Shown: positions 1 through 13,400, numbered from the stretch's first letter. The stretch: DNA of 64,000 bases from Oculina patagonica (GCF_052425735.1 NC_135762.1:23250001-23314000), one strand, 5' to 3'. The notes: generated by a model not told the origin, from the sequence alone. Translations and numbers: made by a program.

Positions 1-337
1 AGAAACACTCTATTGTCTTTATTGTTCAGCACTAAATTTTCTTCCGCGCGCACATACAAAAACAAGCATCGTGAATTATTTTAATTCTGAGGATAAAAAA
101 ACTCAATTGAAAGCCGAAATTTGACAAACGAAACAAAACCAGACGAGAAACCCACTAAATGCAGTGAATTTGGTTGGGTTTTTTTTGTCTGCAGGCACGC
201 TTGTTTACCAAAAAAGGCACGGGTGCGCTCGGGAGGGCACTATGGGCTGATAGTGCCCTCCGGCGCGCGGGCACTATCGCGTCACGTGTTCAATTTAAAC
301 CAATCAGAATCGGAAAAAATTTAGTGGTGAACTATAA

Positions 338-647
338 GGGCTGTTAGCATAACCACACTGACCTACTATTGGTAATCGCGCAATCTGATTGGCTACACAG
401 GTGCCTACTATTGATCCGTAGAAGGCTCTCGGAGCGCGCGCTTAGTCTTCGCTGAATTTTATCAATCAAAACATTCATAAATCAACTCTAGCTATATTTT
501 GTGTTTAATAGATCGGTCAGTGGGTTATGCTAACACAATTAGACGGCTCGCTCTCGGTTTCTACCGGCTTTTGATAGTTGGCTCGGGGCTTCGCCCCTCG
601 CCAACTATCAGCCGATAGAAACCTCGAGCTTGCCGTCTAATTGTTAA
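338..647. mobile_element. Non-autonomous hairpin-ended element (Crypton-like architecture)
   Basis: 5' segment tgttagcataaccacactgacc (~342-363) is inverted-complementary to 514-535, followed by a long hairpin 536-643 with a cTTCGc loop; same layout as 48916-49664. Confidence 0.5.
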
Positions 648-1382
648 ATAGTGTCCTCCGGCGGACAGGCACTATCGCGTCACGTGTTTAATTTAAACCA
701 ATCAGAATCTGAGAACATTTAGTGGTGAACTATAATCGCTGACAGAAAACGATCGCGCGCGCAATGCTCAATAAAAGGACAATTATTTGTGATTTGTGGC
801 CTTAAAAAAACATAACAATGTAAGCTTTGGACTGCAATTAACCAGCTTTATTTTTTTTTTAAATGTTGCGACAAGTTTTTCGAAATTTCGTAAAAACGCA
901 AGAACTGTCCTTGAGAAAAGATGGGATATTAAAACAAGTTACGGATCCCCTTAAAGCGTTTATATAACGCGTGTATATGAATTACTATCCCGGGAACGTT
1001 CATAAACCAGAAATACCAGGGTTTTCCAACTATTTGACATTCAAAACTCAATTCATTTAATACTTTTGAACTATTTTCTCAATTATGTCTTCAAGGAAAA
1101 GTAACTTCCTAAAATAATGTTATTATCAAACAGGTCTTATAAACCTTTCAGACGTTTTGGAATGTTTCGGTGAAAAAAAAAAAAACTCTTGCCATATGCA
1201 TATCACATGTGTAAAGTAATAAGCACTTTAATGTCACCACAATTTCATTGGAATACTAGCCAACTATTCCTTAGCTTTAATACATGGTACTTCATTTATG
1301 CTACCGTATATAATGCCACTCAGGAGAATTCTTAATTTTATCATAATTTCCTTCGAGCTCGAGTTATCATAATAAGCTTATA

Positions 1383-1558
1383 CAGTGGAACCCCGATATA
1401 ACGATCTTCGATATAACGATATTCCCGATATAACGATATTCCCGATATGTCCCGGCAATAGTAAAATGTATGGGACGGAACCCCGATATAACGATTCCTC
1501 GATATAACGATATAATTTTACTGCCCCCTTGGCATATCGTTATATCGGGGTTCCACTT
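1383..1558. mobile_element. Tc1/mariner-pogo type MITE
   Basis: TIR cagtggaaccccgatataacga / tcgttatatcggggttccact, TA on both sides, internal repeats of cgatataacga. Confidence 0.85.
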
Positions 1559-2038
1559 TATAACGTACATTTACCATAAACTGTACCAAACGAATCTGGC
1601 TTGTCAAAATAGCTACTATATCGCACTTATAAATGAGAATTCTGGCACTTCTAAGAACTTTATAAAAGGGATTATTCTTCCTTCTTCCAATTTATGGAAT
1701 AACATAACAAATACATATTGCAAATTTTCAAGTGCAGTGCAAACTATACTTCACTGATGGTTGTCCATATTGTAATCAATTTCTATCGTTAGTCATCTTC
1801 ACTTCCTGTAATTTGTCGTGTACTGTTCTAGAAAGTCAGATCAATATTGTTGGGTGTCCTGTAGCCTAAAATACATCATGGTTTCCCTGTGATAAACCGA
1901 TAACAGGAGCCGGCGCTCCTGTCGCTTTAAATTCAAAGACAAATTTGCTTTGTCTTCATCGTGTCTATAAAAAAAATCGTTGCAAATTACTGTTTGGGTA
2001 TATCATTGTTTTCGTTCTTTTTGATAGAGGCATAGTTC

Positions 2039-2577
2039 CTAAGGTATCATCGCATTGCTCGTGCAGTTCTTGTACTCAGCGGTTTCGCGCCATGAGCATG
2101 CGGTTCCGTCAGCATTTTTCAAGCAGTAGGAATGACGCCATTCACAGTCGTTGCCTCTAGGGTTCATATATTGAGATAAGCGACACCCTGACAGCTTTGG
2201 GCAGTGATTTCCGTAACACGGTGAAATTTGGCATCCGCAATTTGGCGCATAGAAGCGCCTGACTCCAACTCGCTGGCGCTGAGTGACTTGGGACCACTCT
2301 TCAACCCATGAACTGCATAAATGCAGTCGCAGTTTTGCGTTGATAATTTTTCCGGAGATCAGGTACACCGTGTCATTTGTGAGCCAGTCCACGGCGCAAA
2401 TCCCAGACTCCTTAGGAGTGTAAGCCTTGGCGAATAAACTGCGCTGTCTGGAACCGTAAACTTGAATGCCTTCTGTCTGGTTGAGTTCTGACGCGCCCTT
2501 GTACGTCTTCAGGATTCGCAGACTGATGACGAGTGACTCTCCTTGTATTTCCTGAGACAGGACCTTTGCACGGACAA
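2039..2577 (-). CDS. TIMP: TIMP-A exon 2 (tissue inhibitor of metalloproteinases; spliced protein 215 aa)
   Basis: TTTTCAG acceptor at 2579-2578, phase 1; VVRAKV..KTYKG..AYTP..GICAV..YLISG..LHLC..YAPNCGC..CSW TIMP motifs; TAG stop. Confidence 0.95.
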
Positions 2578-3499
2578 CTGAAAACAGAAGAAATTGAAAG
2601 TTTCTCCTCAGTGAGCAGCTTAAGGGATGGCTTATGCCCAAGACTGGAAGCACAAAAGTTCCCACCCCACCCCACCCCCAAGCGCCCACGATTCTTTCCC
2701 CGGTTCGTTAGTGAGCCTAGCAACACAAGAACGCAAGCACAAAAAACGAACTGTTTTAACCTTTCTGCTTGAACTTGCGTTTTTTGGAACAAATTCCTGT
2801 GTTAGCGCGTGTGATTTCGTTACTAGTTAATCATTCGAATAACGGTAAAAATCTCCCAAGTAAAGTTTTAAAGATGTATGATCAGATAGATGGCAAAGAG
2901 AATTAGGATTTTGATGATAGCACTGAAAATGTTAGCGTGATGTGGTAAAACCAATCTTGAGTAAAGGTCGCAGTGCAGGTTTTTTTATTTTTATTTCTGT
3001 AAAGCGACTGCTTAGATAAAAAAAGGAATGGTAAACATGTAGTCAAACAAAACATGTCTACGCAGAACTGAAACGCCTGTACAGCTGCTGAGCATCCGTT
3101 CCCAAGAGTGATCTACTGGTAATTTCTCCTTAGCAGACAGTACGCTGTCAATCAGACAAGTGATGAGAATACGAAAAAAATCAGTCATAAGAAATCAACT
3201 TGAGTACCACCAAACTGTCACAACTTAACATGAAATGCCCGGGGTACTCTTAATAGAAAGTAGACTATACGGGGGAGGCTCGGCCTGAGAGGAGTGCCTT
3301 TTTCTCAAGTTTAAGGCCGTATATCAAAGAGTAGGGATTTCAAGAATCGAAGGAAATGTTATTTAAGTACTTAAAAGAGGCTTTAAAAATAATGCTGAAC
3401 AGACGCACCTAACGGTTTACGGTTTATTCATCTGAGTATTTTAATGAATTACTGAAGTAAAACGTTTAGAAAAGGGATGCATTATTTCTACTTTAGTTA

Positions 3500-3896
3500 C
3501 CGTATTTTTTCGATTTAGCGCCCTGGGCGCCTTATTAAATTTTTGGACCTTGAGGCTGGGCGCTTATTCGAGGTGGGCGCTTATTAAATTTTCACAATTT
3601 TTAGCAAGTAGTACGTTTACTTTTGCAAGAAAACAATGTATAATAACTAAACGTGAAGATGTAAGAAAGCTGAATTTTTAATGTTCATTGAAAGTTTCAG
3701 TAAAAAAAAACTAAAAAAACTCGGTCTTCGGGATAGTCTCTTAGTAGTACTTAGTCAATTTTAATCTCAACTTCAACAATAATCAAACTTCCTCTTGTGC
3801 CCTCATTATAGGGGGTGGGGGTGGGCGCTTAATCGAGGCTGGGCGCTTATTAACTTTTCCTACCTACAGGGTGGGCGCTTAATCGAATAAATGCGG
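3500..3896. mobile_element. TA-flanked MITE (ccgta TIR, pogo/Tigger-like)
   Basis: ta|ccgtatttttcg ... cgaataaatgcgg|ta; internal gggcgcttat repeats. Confidence 0.75.
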
Positions 3897-3967
3897 TATG
3901 TAAAAGGGCTCCCATTTTCCATGAAAGGCATACCAAAGGGTTACCTTTTTTAGCCAAAAATGATATA

Positions 3968-4280
3968 CCGTAGAATTCCGGTTATAAGCCCTGGGCTTAT
4001 ACAACTTCGTAAGGGGTTTTGGGTCGGCCTATAAGCAGAGGGGCTTATATCCGGGAGGGCTTATAAGCGGAATGAAAAAATCGTTTTGAAAAGTGTCACG
4101 GGAGTGTTGACTGAAATACGTTTTTACTTGAAAACGTAATAAAGCAACATTTAGCCCTATTCAGTACTGTCATCCGGTAGAGGGGGGCTTATATCCGGGG
4201 GGGCTTATAATCGGATGTATTTTTTTGTTTCCAGGTAGATGGGCCTATAACCGGGGGGGCTTATAACCGGAATTTTACGG
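3968..4280. mobile_element. TA-flanked MITE (ccgta TIR)
   Basis: ta|ccgtagaattccggttataagccc ... gggcttataaccggaattttacgg|ta; internal ggggcttata repeats. Confidence 0.85.
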
Positions 4281-6204
4281 TATACAAGGATAAGGGTTTG
4301 TGCCTCAAGGCGGAGCCTCCCCTCCTCTGTATAAAGCTTTGTTGAGTGCCCCCCCCCCCCCCTCCCTTTATATACTTGGGATCTGGCTGGAACTAAACAT
4401 GAAACGGTTCAAAGCAACCTTTGTGTTAGCAAAAAGTTAGACAAACGTCGGTGATGAATGAAAAGAAAACACTGTTTAGACCGCATTCCTGTCTCGGAGA
4501 GTTATGTTGATCTGCGGCTTCGTCGCGCCTAACCCGCTTCGCAAGCTGTAGTTTCTACTTCTCGTGTTACGCAGACATTGCTAGGTCGGCAATTTCACCT
4601 TAGGAGGTTTGAGTTGAAACGGTAATAAAGCGAAAAATCAAGACCAAATTTGGTGTCAAAATTAGATGAAATTGTATGATCAAACTGAAAAAGAAGTCAT
4701 CAAAAAGTTACTCCGCGTAGAACCAATTAACCATTTCCGGGGCGTGTGTGAGTAAAGGAAATTTTTAGAAGACGATAGACCGACCACGCGGGTTTTCTAC
4801 GTGCCCTGGGGAGATAATAGCTGATAAAGTGTGGATCGAAGGATCAAGGCTTTTTCAAAGACAAGCTAAACAAACAAACACATATTTTTCTTTCGTGGCG
4901 TGTCAAAATATGGCCGCAAAACGCTTCTGATCTTTCTCGCCAAATTTCTCGTTCAGGCGATCGAACAGGAAAAAACCGGTCGTCCGTGTACAATGTATTA
5001 AACAAAACTCATGGTCAAATTTGACATTCGTTTTAATTTGAACTGTTTGCGGTCAAGGGAGTACCTCATCGATTCGTGACAGTAATAACAGGATTATGTT
5101 TATGTGTAAAGTGGACAAATATTTAGAGCAATCTAGAAGGCGACCGCAGCTTATAACAGAAACGTAGAGAAGTCGTACGAAAGAATTTTCGTGCGTGCAT
5201 TAATTTTTTTTTATCTTCAGCGAAGCACACATGCATTTTAGACAGGAAGAGTTTCTGAAACCGAGATAAATAATGTTATCGCAACTTCCCTTCGATATAT
5301 GATAACTCATTTAAGCGTTTCGGAGGTCTTTCGAGAAACAAGTCGTACTGCGTTCGACTAAGACTTTTAATAGATCTCAAAAGAAAACAAGTTTTAATTT
5401 CTAATCCATTGCCAAGACAGACTTCTATGATGTGATAATGTTATAAATCTTTTCAAAGCTTTTGTCTGCCAAATCCACCAAATATTTCATTTTACGACAA
5501 AAAAGAGATTTAAATCTAGCCAAAAACAAAAACAACTACAGATAGCGCACATTTTCAACAGGAAAGGTGTTTGAAACCGAGGTGAATGATAATGTGCCAA
5601 CATCCCCGCTAAACACCAGTTACTTTTATAATGAGAATAATTTAATTATTTCTAAGCAATTTTGGCCATACTGCGTCCGACTGCTTCTTTGATCTTTAAA
5701 GAAAACAAGTTTTAATTTCCATCTGTGATCCAGGCATTTAGCTGTGTTGATATAATGTTATACATCTTTTAATTGCTTTTCCTCTGTTAATTCCAGCAAC
5801 GGCGTCTCCCTTTACGATCGAAGCTTAGTCTGGCGAAAAACGCTACAAAAATGATACTTTGTATAAAGTAAGAAGTGTTTCGCTTCCTGCGTTGTGTTGA
5901 TATTTTCTTTTGAGCTGTGTGGGTCTCAAAGTCACTTATTTTGACCCGCCGTGTGATAACTGGAAATAAAAAAGCCAAACAGTGCAAGCTGATGCTAACC
6001 AATGACGCAGTTCGTACTGATCTGAACTGAAACTTTTCGTTTTGAATCCAAAAGTAATTGAACCTGAAGTGTATCGATTTATATCCCTGCTATTGCGCTT
6101 GTCAACATGCAAACTTACAACAATCACTGCACTTCTCAACTCTGCGTGTCAAAGCTACAATTACGTGCAAACAACTTGAGAAAGGGAAGCATTTTACAAC
6201 TCAC

Positions 6205-6313
6205 CAAAATCCGCAGCACAAAAGCCTTCCTGGGGATGAAAAGGCATACACGAGCAAGCTTCGCTTGAAGCCGCAACCGCGAGCAGGAAAGCGACGTTAA
6301 AGAGCAAAGACAT
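6205..6313 (-). CDS. TIMP: TIMP-A exon 1 (signal peptide + CSC N-terminus)
   Basis: MSLLFNVAFLLAVAASSEA-CSCMPFHPQEGFCAADF, then G|GTGAGT donor (phase 1), which joins exon 2 in frame. Confidence 0.95.
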
Positions 6314-8259
6314 CTTTCTATTTACGTTGTCGTATAAAACGTGGATGATCGCGCATTTAACAGAGCGATTGCTGTACGTCAATGCAAAGAGCTAACTCGC
6401 TTGAGCGCTACTTATATGTCAGCACTTTCGAAACGTGATATCCGGTATAACGAAATGGCCATTTGCTCTCGTCTACGTCACTATAATGCGCTTGCAACGA
6501 TAATTACGTAATCATACCGCGCCCTTGTAAAATAAACAGAATTTCCGTTAAAGACCCCCCTGAAAGAAGATAAGATTTGATAATGTAGGAAAAGTAGCGA
6601 AACGGCGACTTCCCGATAGAAGTGATGTCAAAACAATGAGGAAAACAAATATATTACATTTGTATTATGTACATAATATTTGCTTTGTATTAGCTAGTAT
6701 TCAAGTTGGGTTCTTTTCAAAAGTTTTCATTCCAGTTCGAATCATATAAAGGGAAATCCGCACTGGAAGCGGTCACTAGTCAATCACATAAAGCAACAGA
6801 TAAAATTCCGTTTAGTTTTGCGATTGCAATCATGTTTACAACGAACGGTATACGTTAGTAAAAGCTCCCCCGAACAGAAGTGATTCCTCGAAAGTAACCA
6901 CAAAAAAGATCGATTGTTATACAGAACCGAAAGCAAAATCCTCACTATTAATAATTATAGGACCTTTTTAGATTGTTCCCAGCCTTTCTGTTTTCCTAAA
7001 ACAGTTGAGCGTATGTTCTTTAAGCGTTGAGAAAAATGGAGCGGCTATGATTTGGCCTTGACGCTGCAATTCTTTGAGCTTGTCACGCAGTCTTCATAGG
7101 GGAAAGATTGCGTGACGAGTCCAAAAAGCTCCTGCGTACCTCTTGCGTAGGAGGTGACTAGCCTGCGAGCAGAATTCAGAGTTCCTATTTCGATTAGTTT
7201 ACTAGTTTAGACTGAGACAGATATGGGTGTGTCGCTCGAACAAGCTCCACAAGACAGAAGACTCATTTCCCTTCCTACGTCGTCTACGTTACGCTTAGCC
7301 TTCGTACATGTGGTTACTTTGGGGAATCGCTTCTACTCAAGTGTAACCAATCAGATGAGTTTTCATTGCTTCAGTCGTAAACCATGTACAACGAGAGCAG
7401 ATTCTGTTTCAGATTTCTTCTCTTTGTCATTGATGCGCAAAGGAGAAGAGTTCTTGGGTCGAAAAAAAAAAGTTAGCTTTGGAAAATTACTAAAAGGGAG
7501 AAAACTCGAAATCGAAATTTGCGAGAACCAATATGACACACCACCGTGATAAAAGAAAAAGACGCTCATTTGCGGTTAAATCGATCCCTCTAATTTAACA
7601 AGATTTTTACCCACCCCACATGATATTGTTTTGGTTTTGGCAAAAACCTAACTGACGAGTGTGCATAATGTCATGGTGAAGCATGTCTAACCCTCTTTCA
7701 AGCTTTTAAATTGAGTGTAGTTGTCATTACATGGATGATAAAACAATTTGTAAAAGAAATTCCATGTAGCAAATTCGGTGGTGCCAGACGATAACTTGTG
7801 AACCGTTTCCATCCTCGACATCCTCGCTTACAAAATACATTAGGTTCCTTTCTTGTATAGAGAACTGTTCTACACCAGGAGACCTATGGGCTCCTGTCTA
7901 TACTGATCAATTCCAAACCATAATTGATGGGTTTTCAGACGGATCTTAAATGTGTCCAAGTCCAAACTTGAAAACATCCCAAAATTTATTTTGCAAAATA
8001 CTGAAAAACCAACGAAACCACATAAAGCTACTGCTCGTTAGCTTTCATTTTAATGGCCACTTTGTAGTATTTCATCTACAGAATTAAATGTAAAACTATG
8101 TGTACAATAACTGGCTTAAAGTTTGATCGGGGACTGCGATAGACAGTTGATTAAATTATGCCGTAGATAAGTCAGTGTCCCTTGAATTATTTCTAGTCCT
8201 TGTTATTTAACACGAAAATTACAAATCAGCCACATCACCGTTTTTCACATGTATAGTTC

Positions 8260-8789
8260 TTAAGGCATCGCCTTGGTCGTGCAGTTCTTGTACTCAGCGG
8301 TCTCGCGCCACGAGCATGCGGTTCTCTCAGAATTCACAAGGCAGTAGGAATGACGCCATTCGCAGCCGTTTGTGTGGATTCCAGAAGACCGGCCACACCC
8401 CTTGAGCTTTTCACAGTGCTGGATATAGCACGGTGATATCTGGCACTTGCAGTTTTCACCATAGAAGCGTTTGACACCGATGCGTTGCCGCAGCGAAATT
8501 TCAGACCACTCCTGGTTCCAATTGCATAGATTCAGCTGAAGTTTTCCTTTCCAGATGCGCCCAGTAATGAGATACACTTTGTCGTTTTCCAGCGATACGC
8601 CACACAGGGAATGGAATGTAGTAGTGTAAGCCCTGGCCAACAGACTGCGATGTCGGGAGCCGTACACCTGAACACTTCCGGTCTGGTTTAGTCTCCAGGC
8701 TCCTTTGAATGTTTTCAGGATTCGTAGATCGAAGATGCGAGTGAAATTTTTGTCGTTTTCTTGCTGAGAGAGAACCTTTGCACGAACCG
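8260..8789 (-). CDS. TIMP: TIMP-B exon 2 (spliced protein 212 aa)
   Basis: TTTAG acceptor, phase 1; AVRAKV..KTFKG..HSLCGVSL..YLITG..LNLCNW..CKC..CSW. Confidence 0.95.
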
Positions 8790-8915
8790 CTAAACACAGG
8801 AGAGATAAAGAAGATTTCATGGTGAATTACTGTTTTCGTTACTATTATATTTTTTTTTGAAAAGTGATGCACAATTCTATGTCGGTTCTTAATCTTCTAT
8901 TGACCGTTATTATGC

Positions 8916-8971
8916 TAGCCTGCGTTGCAGACGAACAAAACCCCGGTATAGTGCGTCTGCAACGCAGGCTA
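8916..8971. mobile_element. 56-bp micro-MITE with 9-bp TSD (Mutator-like)
   Basis: TIR tagcctgcgttgcagacg / cgtctgcaacgcaggcta; TSD ttattatgc at 8907-8915 and 8972-8980. Confidence 0.85.
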
Positions 8972-9427
8972 TTATTATGCTAAACCCGGATTTTTCCGGC
9001 ATTTGGAGGAATGGCCATTCAACCACTTGTGTCTGCAGAATCTTGTGATGTGCAACTTATAGAGGTTGGATAGATCTTTCCACAGGACGTCTATTTTGAA
9101 TACATATGTATTGACTGCATTCTGACAGAGCTAATCGCAAAAAAACTTGATCACGTTTTGGTGTAAAATTGGTGGTAAAACAGGCCAATATACCCGTACT
9201 CGATCATGGTCTCCTTTTCAGGCTTTTCCATTGATAAGGATCAAAACTTTTCAGGCCAGAAGAAGGGATACACAGATTAGAAGGTAGAGAGAATAATAAA
9301 GCAGAGAAAAACGAAAAGGAAAGGAGCAAGGGAGTTTAAATAAGAACGTAGTCTAATTTGAGATAATTAAGACATTAATTACGCCAGCAAACGTCAACAC
9401 AATGTATTGCGCTAAAAAATAATAATA

Positions 9428-9428
<1 letters not shown>

Positions 9429-9485
<57 letters not shown>
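9429..9485. repeat. (ATT)n microsatellite
   Basis: Pure att run. Confidence 0.95.
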
Positions 9486-9486
<1 letters not shown>

Positions 9487-10159
9487 GGGAAAAATCGAAA
9501 CGATTTCGCAAAAAAAATCAAAATTTTGGCATATGCGCATGCGCATGCGTCAAAGTAAAATATTGCACTTTTTTACATGCAAACTTCATCAAAATCTTAC
9601 CGCAGTGTGAGAAAGTGCATTTCTAGCAAAGTTTAGAGACATTTAGCACCGTAGCGCCCAAAAATCAATTAAACAGTTAAAAAACGTTTGTTTTAGTAAT
9701 TTCAGCATATTAAGAGTTAACCTTAATATGCAACCCAGGAGCAGTTTACAGCTCCTCGGTGAAGTAGCGAACTGTTTTCGGTCGGAATCAATGCTACCTG
9801 GTCGAGAATTCTCGGAGCCTGCCGTATTCGTCAAAAGACGTTGATACACAACATGCCCTGAAGGCGCCTTTTTGAAGGAAGAGTAGCGCAGTAATAAATA
9901 GGCAATGCTCTAAAAATCAGCATGACAGATTTTCAGCTTGTAACAAATTATTGCTTGCCGTTAAAAGAACCACCGAATAATTTTTTCAGGCGCTAGTATC
10001 ATTTCTCATTAGAAAACGTGATTGAGGTTCAAACTCAATACAAAGGATATTGGAACACATTTCAGCTGAGACGCACAAAAGTGGCATGAGCGTGGGCTCA
10101 TTTCCACGGCCGTGATCGGGTACTGAGTTGCACGTGCATGGAAAAACCGGATGTATTTT

Positions 10160-13100
10160 TAACTTTTTTCCGACTAAGTGGCTGAAGTACATGTCCCATG
10201 GTGATAATTGGTTGTGAAGTGGGGATATAAATATTTTGTGTATGAGGATTACCACGTAGAATGAAAAACGATTTCTTTCTGGCAATCTATAAATTGTGGG
10301 ATTTCGATCCAAATTAACGGAATAACATTTTGTCCAGTTAATTCAGAGCTTTTCATTTCAGAACTTCAACTGTATGCAATTTCAAAGGAACGTTTATCGT
10401 CCGTTTTCGTGACACGAGTTTACTAATTACGGGATTAAACTGTGTAAATATTTTCCACAATTACGGCAGTCACTCAGGCAGGAGATACAACGTAGACGAG
10501 AAACAAAGTGCAAACGGTATACGTTTTACCCAGAAGAAAACCCGAAATGGCGATGAAACATGTTGTGCCGATCTGTTTCGACAAGTATAACAATTGTTTC
10601 GTACTTATCGAATCATATTGAGTTTTTAGTGTCTGGGTCGTAGTTCATAGCCGAGCCATACCATGCCACTCTATTGAGCTGGACACTTCTAAATCGTTTT
10701 ACCAAGGAAACAAAATTTAATTTCTAATCTGCATCTAGGTATGTTTTGCATACTAGTGGGTTGCGATAATCTTATCAAATACTTCTGTAAGTGGTTTTAT
10801 TCTTTCCAATGCTGTTAACGTTTTACTTGATGATCGTAAAATGCCAAAAGTTTTAAAAATCATTGAAATTTCCTTGCGCTTCAGCGAGGATTTGCCAAAA
10901 AGCACCATTTGTCTCTCCAACTGATATGCGTAAACTGTATTTCCGCAGCATCTCGGGTTCAGTCCCCCTATTTGGGATGCTTGAGCGCGTGTTAAATTAC
11001 ACGTACGTTGTTAAACCGGATACATGTTTTAACAACATTTTTCCGGCCAAGAGGCTCAAGTACGTGTCCCACGATAATTGGTGGTAAAGTGGGGATAATT
11101 CCAACGATAATGTAAATTAGATTTCCGTACATGAAGAACACCACTTAAAATGCAAAATAGTTTCTTTTTACTATCTGTAAATTGTGGAGTTTCAATTCAA
11201 ATTAACTAGGTCACAATTTGAACAGTTAATCTCGGTGTCTTGAGCAATTAATTTCAGAATTTCAACTTCAAAGAAGCATTTCATCTCCATTTTCGTGACA
11301 CGAATTTTACTAATTACCGAATTTCTCCTTAAGTTTGTAAATATTAAGTAATATGACAATCAAGGGTACTTATTTCGCACGTAAGAAGCCTTCGCCGCTC
11401 GCTTTGCTCGAGTGACCCCACTCGGGAGCCTGTTCGCAGGCTAGAACGTAAGTAACAGAAAGCTCAGAAATGGCATACGAAATGTCCGCGCGTTTTTGCT
11501 TTTCTATTGTCAACAACGAAGCGGGCACCTTCACAGACAAACCCTTAATTAAATAGAAATAAGTCGCTATGTACCAACGCCTCCGCGCATGTAATAGTTT
11601 TTGTTTTGTAGTTATTCAGTGCTAATCACTGCCGAGTGTTTAGGTCGTAGTTCATCGCTGAAGCCATGCCATACCATTCGACGGAGCCGGACTTTGTAAA
11701 AAGAAAACAAATTTGAATTACTAATCCCTCTTTTAGGCATGCCGAGAGTACTGTTCTATTCCGATAATCTTTTGAAATGCTTCTTTTAGTGGTTCTTTTC
11801 TTTCTAATACAGTTAAAGTTCACTTAATCGAAAATCGTAAAAAGGCACTTGCAATATTTTTGTCATAAAATAATGCATCTCTCCAAATACTTTAATTAAG
11901 GAGAACTTGACCAAAAAAGTGTTCTGCAGTTCTCTATTCCTCTTGTTTTGGAGGACTGAGAGCGTGTGATTTTACGGTGAGCAGAGCAAGGGCTTTCATG
12001 TGCCTCAAAAAATTGGATTTATTTTTTTATTGAACCAAACAAGTAGTTTTTTCCGGTCAAGCGGCTTATGGTAAAGTGGCGATATTTTAATTATTAATGC
12101 AAATATTTCCGTGCATTAGGATTTCCACACAAAATGCAAATTAAAATAGTTTCTTTCTAATCCTTCGTCTAGGCATACTGCTGTGTGGCGATAATCTTAT
12201 CAAATGCTTCTTTTATTACGCTTAAATTTGTCTTTCAAATGCAGTAGGCGTTTCACTTTGTGATTGTACAACGCAGAACGTTCATTTGAGTGTTCATTTG
12301 ACCCGAAATAAATAAATACATAGCAAGAAAAGGAGAAGCGCTGGTCGAAATACCAGCTTCTTTACTTTGCGTTGGCAGTTTAGACCTCTAAATAGAAAAA
12401 AGAAAGCAGGCTCTATCAGAGATCTCCTAGTCTCCCTCGCAGCCGTTTTTGGTGTCGTCACGCAAAATTGGGGAGGAATTTTGCGTGACGATCGACGACA
12501 CTAAACACGGCTGCGAGGGAGACTAGAGATCTCCTAGCCACATTATATTTTCTAGTTGATGGTTTTCTAAATTCTCATCACACGTCTGCCTGAAGACGTA
12601 ATGCTATTGTAAGAAGAATTCAAATGTGGATCAATCTTTCCCAGATACGGAACTTGTTCGCCTGATTGACGTGCCTGAACTTGATTTCCGGTTCCCGTCC
12701 TCTTTCGGAGGTTTGATCGCGGGCTCATTTTCCCGCGCACGGCATGAGATGACGCTCGGCGCCAAAGACGGAAAAGTTTAAGCAGAAAATAGCAAGTACA
12801 TTTTCCGTCCAAGCGTCTAAAAAGCGTGTCTAACAGTGATAATGGGTGCTAAAGTGAGGATATTTTCAGCAATAATAAATATTTCCGTTCATGACGATTT
12901 CCACAAAGAATGCAAAACGCTAGGACCCTTCACAATCTATAAATTGTGTGTTTACATGGTTTAAATTTTAAACAGTTGAGTCGCGTTTGCTGGATTGATG
13001 TGCTCTGAGCTTTTAACATCAAAGCTTAAACTTTCCTCAAATTTAAAACGGGCACTTTTCGCCGAATTTGATTGATCAGCGATTCTCAATCAAGGCGGTC

Positions 13101-13400
13101 ACGCAAATTAGCAACAAAGAAAAAGCACAAACAGAAATCTTCGACGAAACGCGCGCGCATTTCAACCAAAAAGTTACCTTGAAAATAAGATGAATCATGA
13201 TTTACCAATCCCCCGCTATAAGTAACAATTGTTTTGTACATAATCTATAATAATGACTTCTTAGTATATGGGTCGTAGTTCATTTTATACCATTCTGTTG
13301 ACGGAGCCGGACTTGTTTTAAAAAGAAAACAAATTTGAATTTCTAATCCTATGTCTAGGCATACTGGTTTCGCTGCGATAATCTGATAAAATACTTCTTT
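10160..13400. repeat. Degenerate tandem segmental repeat in the TIMP-B intron (3 near-full copies + 1 partial)
   Basis: Recurring blocks gtggggata..atgaggattaccac..atctataaattgtgg and ggtcgtagttcat..gagccggact..aaagaaaacaaatttgaatt.ctaatcc..gcgataatct at ~10160, 11035, 12045 and 12805. Confidence 0.7.
12428..12525. mobile_element. 98-bp MITE with 9-bp TSD (Mutator-like)
   Basis: TIR tagtctccctcgcagccg / cggctgcgagggagacta; TSD gagatctcc at 12419-12427 and 12526-12534. Confidence 0.85.

Larger units (their letters stand above)
3237..4372. mobile_element. cccggg-ended non-autonomous DNA element, interrupted by two MITEs
   Basis: Aligns by eye with 59580-60324 (ggactatacgg..., aagggtttg...ggagcctcc...cccc) once inserts 3500-3896 and 3968-4280 are removed. 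Confidence 0.6.

Noticed and set aside
2578-2689. N-terminal extensions of the TIMP ORFs in the track (also 8790-8820, 16906-16915, 24328-24349)
   Set aside because: Intronic read-through upstream of clear acceptors; the true N-termini are in separate signal-peptide exons.
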